The translations under genes were made by a program, and so were the position numbers. A stretch of DNA of 62,952 nt, filler included, from Kipferlia bialata (lineage: Eukaryota), in the NCBI GenBank assembly GCA_003568945.1. It is 4 parts of 4 records of this genome, joined end to end, with 100 filler letters (N's around TTAATTAATTAA, not from the genome) between each part and the next. Parts side by side here need not be neighbours in the genome. Positions count along the whole stretch, not along the records: positions 39,348 to 55,154 come from BDIP01000217.1; positions 55,255 to 62,952 come from BDIP01000228.1; 2 more parts are not named here. One strand, written 5' to 3'. Under the pieces are notes generated by a model. It saw only the letters and a list, made by a program, of their open reading frames with translations, was not told the DNA's origin and made no database searches. This document shows, piece by piece, positions 53,016 to 62,952 of this stretch; within the stretch, counting starts at the first letter, position 1; every line of letters begins with the position of its first letter.

Positions 53016-53942
53016 TTACTTGCGGGCCTCGGTCTTGGCGAAAGCGGCAGCCTGGGCGCGGGTAGAGGCGAGCTGCTTGAGCTTGAGCTCTCTCTGTCTG
53101 GAGGGTGAGAATGGTGACAATAGGATGCTAGAAAATGTAATACACAACACAAATACAAACCTGAGCTTGTGCTTGTACACGCGGTCGGTGACGAGCCTCT
53201 GCACCTTGGGGGCACGGGACTCGGCCTTTCCGTTGGCGCGCACCTTGTCGTGACGGATCACGTAACGGCACACAACCATCTGGTCCTCCTTGGACAGCTT
53301 GCGGGTGGGGAGGGAGAACAGCTTGCGGATCTTGGAAGCCCTCTTGGGTCCGAGGGTACGGGGGACGTTGGCGTCGGTGAGACCGGCGATCTCGGCCTCG
53401 CCCTTCTGGACAAGAACAAGGGAGACGCAGGAAAGAGTGGGCTTGTGGAGGATGCATCCACGGACCATCTTACGCTTCATCTGTCCGTCACGCTTGGCAC
53501 GGAAGGCCTTGGAGCCGGGCTGGAGCAGGAGACGGGCACGTCCGTTGGTGAGAACACCCTGCATGAGGGGGAATCCCTGCTTGTCGTTTCCTCCAGTGAT
53601 CCTGAAGATGTATCCGGCGTACTCGGGTCCAATCACATCACCTGGGATCTCGCTGGAGATACGCTTTCCGTTGAGGAGGGAAAGAGTGGTCTGATCGTCG
53701 TCAACGGAAACGGACAGGTTAGTGCCAGCGGCCGGGTTAGAGATGTTGAACTGAGGTAAGAGGAGCCATAACACACACAACACACTATATCAGACAGTGC
53801 CATGCCCAACAACACCTCTTCCAAGCCATTTGGACCCAAAACTCCTCCCCAAACCGCCAACAACCCACCCAAATGGACCCCTGCAACACACCTCCCCAGC
53901 AGAACCACTAAATACCCATCAATACCCCTAACTTGCCTTCAT
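53016..53942 (-). CDS. RPS6: 40S ribosomal protein S6 (eS6)
   Basis: Exons 53937-53942 (MK), 53161-53750 and 53016-53097. Motifs FNISNP, GYIFRITGGNDKQGFPLMQGVL, KRKMVRGCI, LGPKRASKIRKLF, APKVQRLVT. Confidence 0.97.
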
Positions 53943-54020
53943 TTGACGTCGACGAAAACGTAGCCTGGGTTTCTTGGCCAGCACACTCAATTATCCTGTC
54001 TCCTGTTCACCTTTTCGCAA

Positions 54021-54038
54021 CAAATTGTCGGAGATTCT
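54021..54038. promoter_or_regulatory. Candidate promoter motif in the RPS6/RPAC2 divergent intergenic region
   Basis: CAAATTGTCGGAGATTCT combines the two 10-mers found at 37690-37719. Confidence 0.35.
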
Positions 54039-54450
54039 TCTCGAACCTTTTTCAAAAACATTGTTTATTGAGTCGAATCCATTATTTTAGTGGATACTGC
54101 GCTTGGGTTAGTGAGTGGATGGGGGTGGGGGATGGTGGTATAGGCATGCTCACTGCTGTACAATGACTGTACAGAGAGCCGAAAACAATATACTAATATC
54201 TCAGTGTCTGGGAACACTTGTAGCGACCATGAACCGTGTCTACCGTCAGCGACTGCGCTGTGGCCTTTCACATCTAATCTGTTTCATAACTACTACCACA
54301 CCAGAGAATAAGGATGAAAACAGCTTGTCAGGGTGCTCTCCATGCACACACTTCCATTATACCACCACACCTACAGTCTATACAAAAACCACTAAACCCT
54401 TATGAAAATCACATCTCAGTATCCTGAGTGCACTCTCTTTGAGAGTGATC

Positions 54451-54887
54451 ATGAGTGGAACAGAGGGGACTGACCTGGCGTCTCTGACCTTCCAGTTCAC
54501 AGATGAGGACCACACACTCGGAAACGTGATGCGGTACCTGCTGCTCAAGAAGTACGTGCAATGTGTGATGCTGATGATGATACAAAGGCCATGTACTGAG
54601 TATATATCTCACCTAGCTCGTTGTGTTGATGCTTCCCATATGTTTATATGTGTGACTTTATAGGTCCCTCTACACACCATTACCCTGTCTTACTCAGCCC
54701 CGATGTGGAGTTCGCTGGATACGCTGTCCCCCACCCTGCTGAGACCAAGATGAATCTTCATGTCCAGACCTCCGAGGGTATGTCCTCTGTTGACTGCATG
54801 AGGGAGGCCGCAGCGGATCTTGGAAACATCGCCAAGAACATGCGTGAGAAGATCACAGAGGCTGTGGACGACTTCGTGCCTGAGTAA
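54451..54887 (+). CDS. POLR1D: RNA polymerase I/III subunit AC19 (RPAC2)
   Basis: Exons 54451-54551 and 54698-54887: TFQFTDEDHTLGNVMRYLLLKN|PDVEFAGYAVPHPAETKMNLHVQT, the RBP11/AC19 signature in its AC19 form. Confidence 0.9.
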
Positions 54888-55154
54888 GGTTCATCACTCC
54901 TTGCTTCTCTAGTGTGCCCCTTTGCTGACTTGGCCTGGGGATGTGTTTTGTGTCTCTGAGTAGTGAAATTTATTAAATCAGTCGTTCCTGACATCCTCAC
55001 TGGCAGATGTGTGTGTGTTTGGTGGTTTGAGAAGAGTGTATGTGTCATTGTATTGTCTGCCTGACTCATTGACTATATGAAGTATGTATTCTTTCAACAA
55101 ATATCCGGGATTGGGAGGGGGGGGGGGGGGGGGGGTTTTTCCCCCCCCACTAAG

Positions 55155-55254
55155 NNNNNNNNNNNNNNNNNNNNNNNNNNNNNNNNNNNNNNNNNNNNTT
55201 AATTAATTAANNNNNNNNNNNNNNNNNNNNNNNNNNNNNNNNNNNNNNNNNNNN
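55155..55254. other. Artificial contig linker (44N-TTAATTAATTAA-44N)
   Basis: Same 100-nt structure as at 25132 and 39248. Confidence 0.95.
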
Positions 55255-55300
55255 TTTTATAAGTTTAAAAAAACCCCCCCCCCCCCCCCCCCACCCCCAG

Positions 55301-58300
55301 ATGGCTGGTCAAGACCATCCGGCAGCGTGACAACACGTCTGTGCTGCCTGTGATTCCCATCCAGTCCTTCAGCCTCTGTCCAGACATGGACCTGTCCCCT
55401 GGCAACAGAGAGCCAGACAGAGACACGGGGAGGGGGGGCGAGTGGGGGGAGGGGATACCCCTGGCAGAGAGGGGCCGGGGAGAAGTGGTGGCCAAGCAGC
55501 TCCTGAGGGACAAGGACGACGGGATATGGTGCTACGAGCATGCTATCGAGTCAGCAATATCCCCAGCCCACCAGATCTGGGGCATTCTAGGTCGGAATCT
55601 CTGTCTCTCTCCCTCTTTCTCACTCTCTCCCCCTCCCTACCCCCCTAATCCCCAGGTCTTTCTGAGGTTGCCTCTGCCTCAGAGCTGGGCCAGGCCTGTA
55701 ACCAGTTCCTAGGCACACACGCACAGCTGTGTAAGCAGAACAAGTGAGTGGGAGTGGGAGAGTAACTCTATATGGGTTGGATATGAAGCCCTATGCCTCT
55801 ATTAAGCATGCTATAGATATGCCTCTGTATCCTCCAACCCCCAGGGGACTGGACGAAATACCCCACCACATGCTGTCATTCGGAGTGGCATCTTCGAAGG
55901 TACTATAGAGTCTGATGTGTACTCTTGGTGGTTATTGTCTGTGGTTCTCTTGTCTGTGGCTACTACAATTCTATTCTGTCACAGACATATTGTCACATCA
56001 ACAAATGCTACTCTGTATCCCTGTGTTGACATCTGCAAATGGGTAGTATCCCCCTCACCCCCAGCACCACTCTGCCACTGGCATTGTGGACCAGGATGGC
56101 CTGATGTCGACTGTGACACAGTTCCTGACAGGCGTGGTGGAGGGTGGGTACAGACATATGTAGATTGGGTAGAGATAGGCAGATGTGTGGTGGAGCGAGT
56201 AGATAGGCGAATGCCACTGTCCCTTTCATCCCTCCAACCCCCCAGGCATCCGCACTATAGTGCATGAGATTGGCAACAGGGACCTGTCTGAGCTGTCACT
56301 GAAGAGAAGCGCCCTGTGCCTCAGTGACATTGTGACGCCAAAGAGGGTCGAGAGGTAGGGTATAGAGCTGTCTATCTAATGATATGTTTGCTCTAGTGTA
56401 TGCGTATATGCCTCACTTACCCCCCAGGCAACCTGCCTCCTCCATCGCCACCATGGCATCTGACCTTCTGTCCAATGTGAGGAGCACAGTCCCAGAGTCC
56501 ATGCAGAGATCAGGCATGGGGGTATTGAACATATACCATTCGGTATACATTTGCAGAAGCATTGTTTGCTAAGAAGCAATATATGAAGAACAAATCTCCC
56601 CTTGCCTTACCCCCCCAGGTCTGTTTGCCTTCCCCACCCTCCTCTCCCCCACCGCAGTGGATGAGGACTACGTGTCACCCCAGCCAGGGGCCAAGGAAGT
56701 GGTGAGTGCATGTGTAATGATCGCATATATGGGATGCGTGTCCCTCGGATCCTTCATATATCATATGTGGGAAGTCCTGTCTGCGTCTCTAACCCCCAAG
56801 GAGGAGGGCGCTGTCCCCTTCACTAGACTGAGGGATGTCATGCCTGTCAGGCTGCAGAAGCTGCTAGCAGACTACCACCTCATGCTAGGTGGGTGGGGTT
56901 GTATATATCCATGTATACGCTGACTCACACACACACTCTCTCACTCTCTCTCTCCCTGTCCCACCCTAGGCGACACCCACCAGGCCAATATCCACCTGCA
57001 GACAGCGCAGAGGACTCAGGTACCGTCACTGTATCCTTGATATATGTCCACCCTTACCCCACCTCTGTCTCACCCCTAGGTCCCTGGCCTCGACCCAGTC
57101 TGGGAGGCCTCCCTTCTAGTGTCCAAGGCCACATCGCTGTACCTGTCCAACGGGAGGGTGGGGGGTAGGAAGGGGCAGGAGGTGAGGGTATCGTTGTTCA
57201 CATTTTCTATTCGTTGTATATCATAGCCTCTATGTAGTGTCACCCTTACCCTCAGACCCGTGTCAGTAACGATGTCCTGATAGCCTGGATAGGGGACGCA
57301 GCCACCCAGTTCTCAGCACTCAGGTGAGGCCTATCAGCATGTATACCCATAGAAATGGATATGTCTATCATATATGCATGCATGCCTATCCACCCCCCAG
57401 ACTGCACTACCACGCTGCCAAGTGCCGTCTGCTGCAGTGCCTACTGCACCTCAACCTGCAGTCCGTGCCCTCTACCCCCAAGGATGCAGACATGCAGCTC
57501 AAGAGACTGCCCCCAGAGGAGGTGTCGGCAGCATTCGATGCACTGCACAGGTGACATAAATCACTACACAAATAAAGTGTATACAGAGTATGTTCAGTGT
57601 ACCCTACCCACACCCAGGTCCTGTGAGGCCATGCTGCACATGCACCCAGGCCCCTGTGGTCTAGGGATGCTACTCCTGGGAGGGAGGGTGGCAGACATGT
57701 TTGGGTACACCAGGTACAGAGAGAGAGGGTTGTACTATGATGCATGAGTATGAATAACCAATGGGTGTCTCTCGTGACATCTGTGTTCCCTGACCCCCAG
57801 ACGTGCTGCCCTGTACACCACCATGGCATACAGGACAGTCACGGACAAGGTACAGTGCATGGTATAGTACATGTAAAGATATGAGATATGTATTATTCCC
57901 CTCGGCCCATTGCCTATCGGTTAACCCCAGATAGCTAGAGATGTGGTGGCCAGGTATGGCCAGGGGGACCTGCTCAGGGGGCTGGCCTGTCTGGGGCACA
58001 GGTGACATACTCATACTTATGAGGTCACTCTCTATTGTTATGTAATCCTTCACAATCGTTAGTTCTTCTTAACTATCATGTGAATTTTATATTGAAGGAC
58101 AATACTACAATTACCTCTCACTCCCAGACTGCATGGTGTGGGTCAGCACGCCCTGCAGGTGGCACGGACACAGGTACATAGGGAGTATGTGTATGGACGC
58201 ATTGTGTATATTCGTAGATTGGATAGTGCTTTAGAGGTAAATATGTATGTTTTGCATTGCAGGCGGGCCGTGTACTGGGTTCGTACATATATACACATAT

Positions 58301-61300
58301 ACTATGCACATATATATACATATACTCTATACCCACTCCCAGGACTCTCTGTCCCGAGGCCACCAGCGCACAGGCACAGGCATCAGTGCAGCAGGGGACG
58401 CATCGGAGGAGAAGGGGAAGGTACCTTGCTATACTGTAGACTAGCACCAGTCTCCATCGAGTAGTGCCCTCTCCCATTCAGTATCTCTGCCCTATTACCC
58501 ACCCCAGCGCCGCCCCCGTCCCTCCTGGTCCGTGCTAGATGGCATGGTGAGTGATCTGTATGGGTCACTCCTGGCAGACAGGTTCCCATCACTCAGGTCT
58601 GGAGTGTGCCTTGTTCGTACATGTGTTCATTCGTATATTCATGTATGGGTAAGTACCTATTACCTATGTACCCTGACCCCAGGTTCCTGCTGCTGAATGG
58701 ACTGTTGGGCACGTCCAGCAACCCCTCTCCCTCGGCCCCCCTCTCCCCCTCCCTCTCTTCCTCCTCTGCAGCTGTGCCCCAAGTGCTCAGAACGCAGAAG
58801 GGTGGGGGTGGTATATATATGTATGTATACATCTTCCCCCTATGCCCCTCTGACCCAGGCTCCTCCCTGCTGAACCAGTGTACAGGCCTGGTCCCCTCCC
58901 TCCAGATGCCAGAGTCAGTCACCCCAAGGGTGCCATTTGTATGTGAGTAGGGCCTGTCTATGCATAGCACCTATACATTAGTGACTGCTACTTGACAGTG
59001 TCTAACCCACAGTACACGCCGCCGCCGTCCCCCCCACCCCACCCCTCCGTGCCATACCCCAGTCCTCGGGTAGTGTCCTACTGGTCCATGCCACAGACGG
59101 CACAGAGAGGGACGAGAGGGTGCTGTTCAGCTCGGTCGACACGTGTAGGTGGGGGTATTGTGTATGTTTCTCCGCCTCTCTTTCTGTCTTTATCACGTAT
59201 ACATATAACCTACAGAATGTATTCCTACACTCATACCAGGATCGGTGTCACTGTGGGTCCCTTCCTGGCCGACCAGCCCATAACCATCACAGGTGGGTGT
59301 GGGTGGTATATGTCAATGGATACATGAATCCCAACACATATATAGATTACTCTCTATACCTTACCTACCCCCCCCCCCGTCCTTACCCCCCAGGCATTGT
59401 GTGCCGTAGGCTGAGGGCTGAGGAAGAGGAGCCGAGAGAGGGGGACCTGAGGGACTACGGTACAGACATAGTCAAGGTCTGGCCCACCACTCTCTCCCCC
59501 CCTCTCCCCACCCCCCACAAGCGCATTGTGGTGATACCCCCCCTAGTCAAGCACAGACACGACTATACGGTGACAGCATTGATTGGGGGTATGCTCCAGG
59601 GCCCTGTATCTATGCCACTGCCCTCCCCTCGACCTGTCATATCCATCGTGCCCCCCACATCCATCCTCAGACTGTCTGCCGCAGCATACTCTGACCCCTT
59701 ACTGGCATCCAGCCTCGACAGAGGTGGGTATTCATTGTGTATATTGTTGTGTATGGGGAGTGGTTGTGTCCTTCACTCCTATATTACCAATCACCCTTCA
59801 AGATCCCTGACCCCAGGTCTTAACGGCCCCTCAGATGAGTTTAAGACCGACGTGTTTAGTCGGTACTCAGTGGAGAACATAGGTGGGGACCATGTAGTTG
59901 TCATAGTATAGTACATAACCAATACTGTCGTACTACACTTCTTGTACAGACATTCTTCATCAGTTGTACCTGGTCTATGAGGGTACTGATGCTTCCTCAC
60001 CCCAGGCCGTGCCATCCCTGAGCCATCAGACGCCCAGATACCAGTGGTACCCAACGGTACCAGGCTGATTGCCTACCACTTCAACACCCACACTGCATCT
60101 ATGCACGCTGCCTCTGCCCCTGGCTCTGGAAACAGGGTGTCCAGGAGGGTGCGCATCAGAGGCATAGGATCAATGTCCAGCACTGCAGCATTCCCACCAG
60201 AGTGGAACAAGGTAGTGGTATTCATGTGCAAATATCGGACCAGTCGCCAATGTTACCTCTATCTGGTATTCACTTCAGGAGATTGTGCGTCAATCCTCTG
60301 CCTCTGATGGAGCCCTGGCCAGACTCATACCCTACGCAGTGGCTGTGTTTGGAGAGGGACACAGAGAGACAGAGAGAGACAGTGAGGTAGTGCAAGTGGT
60401 GGATGGGGGGGAGAGAGGCATGTCTCTGCTGTCAGCCAAGGACGGGCTGGAGGAGGAGATGCTGAGGTGGGGGAGTTGCGTATTGTTTAGTGAGTGACAT
60501 ACAAGACTAACTAAGTACAAGTACTATACTCGTGGCATACGTAGATTTGTAATACACCCTCACCCTCTAGGGAGCACGGCATGGACCCCGAGAGTGGTGA
60601 GATTGTACTGTACCTTGCTGTGACAGGTGGCACAGAGAGGACGGAGTTTGAGTTCCACTTTGTGTACGCTGAGGGTGTGGAGGGGCCTGATGGGGAGGTG
60701 GTAGAGTATGAGAGGTCCATCCCTGTCCGACTGACTGCATACCCCATGCCAGGCCCAACGGTCACAGGTGGGGTGTCTCTCTCTCTCTCTCTCAGTGCAT
60801 ATACTTGTCTCCCACCACTATGTCTGCCTCACCCCAGGCTGCACCGTGTCTCTCTCTGCCCAGTTCCTCACCTGTGTGCTCAGTGTGTCCAACACTATAG
60901 CAGAGGGAGACACCAGCTCCAGCATCACCATATTCCCAAGTGCCCTGCCTCTACCGGACAAGGTGGGGTTGGGATACATGCATTTTAGTGTATACATCAG
61001 TCACTAATGTCATCCAGTTAACCCTTCCCTCACTGTCAGGTTAGATGGGCCTCCCCCCTCCCCCTGCACCTGCCCAGTCGACGCTCCACTGCCCGTGCCG
61101 TACTCACCATAGAGACAGAGGCCATATCCGACCTGGTGCACCACTCGTACAAGGCATGGATGCTAGTATACACTTTGGTTAGTCTATCCATGTGCTCTCT
61201 CTGATACCAGGCCGTGACTGGGGATGCCTACCGCACCCACTCTCGCACCCTGTCCCAGCCCACCCCCCTGTCCCTAGCAGAGGGTGACAGAGAGGGGCTG

Positions 61301-62294
61301 GTGGGTAAGGTCACGCAGCACGTGCTGGACAGGCTGAGCAGCCTGCTCTCTCTCTCCTGGGCCCCCACTCCCTCTGGCCCTGTCGATGTCACCCATCTCA
61401 GGTGGGTGTACACGGGGATGGTGTGTGCATAGAGAGAGTCAAGTGATGGAGTTGTCTAATGGCTATGCGGGTTTCAATGTATCTCGTCGTGAGCACTGAC
61501 CCTAGGGATAGATGGGACCTCCCCATTCCGGTGGAGACCCTCTCCCTGCACCCCCCTGACTGTCTATTGACACGTCTGCCTAGGCCTGTCAGCATATCCC
61601 TGGTGTGCCAAGAGGGGGCATCTGTCGGGGAGGATATAGAGGTGGGTTGCAGTGTGTATATATATATATAGTATCACTTACGTACCCATACCAACCCCAG
61701 GTGCATGTCGACATCCAAACGTGTGTCAAGGGAGGGTCTGAGTGGGTGGGCCTGCTGCTTGGCTACCCCATCCATGTACAGTTGTCGCTGGAGGCAGAGG
61801 CTGCCTCCCCATTTGGAGTTGTGTCACACTCTCTGACACTAAAGAAGCACACACACTCCCTAGGGGGGCTAGGGCACGCTAGGAGGTAAGCATACCAGTA
61901 TCAGTCACTCCTACATCACCCCGTCTCTGACCCCAGGGTTTCCTTCTCCCTAGCTGGCCCCACCGCCCCTGGGCCACAGGTGGTCAAGGTTGTGAGCAGA
62001 GTAGCCACGCAGAGCATAGCATATACTGAGGAGGAGAGTGTCACTGTAGACTACACCCCTATGGTGGGAGAGGGAGCAGCTTCACCTGGGGCTGTCTCTC
62101 TCTCTCTCTCTGGCTCCTTGCACCGTGGCATGTCGAGCACTGGGAGGAGGGCCAGGGATGGCGATGGGGGACTGGGTGTGTACTCAGGTACCGTACCCTC
62201 AGGCGTGGCAGAGGGGACAGACACCGACACAGATGGGAGTGACTCAGACTCAGAAGCAGGGTCAGACACAAGTGTGCTCGTGTCTTCGGAATAG
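55301..62294 (+). CDS. TRAPPC9: Probable TRAPP II subunit TRAPPC9/Trs120 (multi-exon, 5' partial)
   Basis: ADMFGYTRRAALY resembles IGFHRKSAFF; SGGWPVW resembles the GW motif; PFYTP resembles PFIYSP; QHVLDRLSSLLSLSW precedes Ig-like C-terminal strands. Stop at 62292-62294. Motif recall only, and divergent. Confidence 0.55.
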
Positions 62295-62587
62295 ATACTG
62301 TTAGCGCTGATGAAATAGTAAGTCTGAAATTACGCAGTCTAACTCCTCACAAGATAGCGGCACCTACTCTCTGAGACTCTATTATCCTGACAAAGAGCAG
62401 AGAGAACACAGATACAACATATACATACCAACATGTATGAGGTCAGTTCCAACCATGCAGTATCTGGTACTCTATCTATCAAACAAACAGGGGGGAGGGT
62501 GTTACCTCACAGGCACACGAGGCATAGCGAATCACCCACTCACACACACAATACACACACATACTGCCTAACAAGGGTCAAGCAGAC

Positions 62588-62874
62588 TTAGAGGTTGGCC
62601 ACGATCTTGGAGATCCAGGGCCCACACTCACCGACCTCTGCCACATTAACCTTCTCGCTGTCGGAGTGGGGGTCGCAGATGGTGGGTCTGGATGTTAGGG
62701 GGGTGTATGTAGAGAGAGTGAGAAACAAGACAGAGAGATAGAGAGAGATATAGATAGAGAGGGACCCACCCGATGGATATGGCCTCCATGTGGGTGCTGG
62801 GCATTCTGGCCATGATGCTGCCCGGCTCCAGTCCACCGTGGCAGCCCTCTGCCACAGGCCTCATAGAGTACAGC
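62588..62874 (-). CDS. pepD: Aminoacyl-histidine dipeptidase PepD (M20C), C-terminal two exons
   Basis: CHGGLEPG..MEAISIG|PTICDPHSDSEKVNV matches the PepD pattern IHAGLECG..MVSIGPTI..PHSPDE; intron at 62688-62769. Confidence 0.85.
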
Positions 62875-62952
62875 CTAGGGGGTGAGGGGGGGGGGGGGGG
62901 GGGGGATGGAGGGTTAAGAGTATCATGAATCCATTAAGAGTATCAGACAGGC

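Noticed and set aside
53169..53759. 196-aa plus-strand ORF
   Set aside because: Antisense shadow of RPS6.

Overview
Eukaryotic, very intron-dense DNA with short exons, (TA)n/(GA)n-rich introns and a branch point fused to the acceptor (YTNACCCYAG). Gene content points to an anaerobic protist; the architecture fits a free-living fornicate such as Kipferlia (inference). The window is four contigs joined by artificial 44N-TTAATTAATTAA-44N linkers, with two further probable mis-joins at poly-G tracts. Recognisable genes: a myotubularin, a HELQ/POLQ-type helicase, an LRR protein, an [FeFe]-hydrogenase fused to a CPR/CysJ-type diflavin reductase, the CCDC93 N-terminus, V-ATPase subunit G, importin alpha, RPS6, RPAC2/POLR1D, a probable TRAPPC9/Trs120 and a bacterial-type PepD dipeptidase, plus several hypotheticals. 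The most unusual signal: many introns carry stacked half-exon copies with strict polarity (acceptor+exon head upstream of the live exon, exon tail+donor downstream). These copies differ from the live exon mostly at synonymous sites although they cannot be spliced as whole exons, and one copies the stop codon into the 3' flank.
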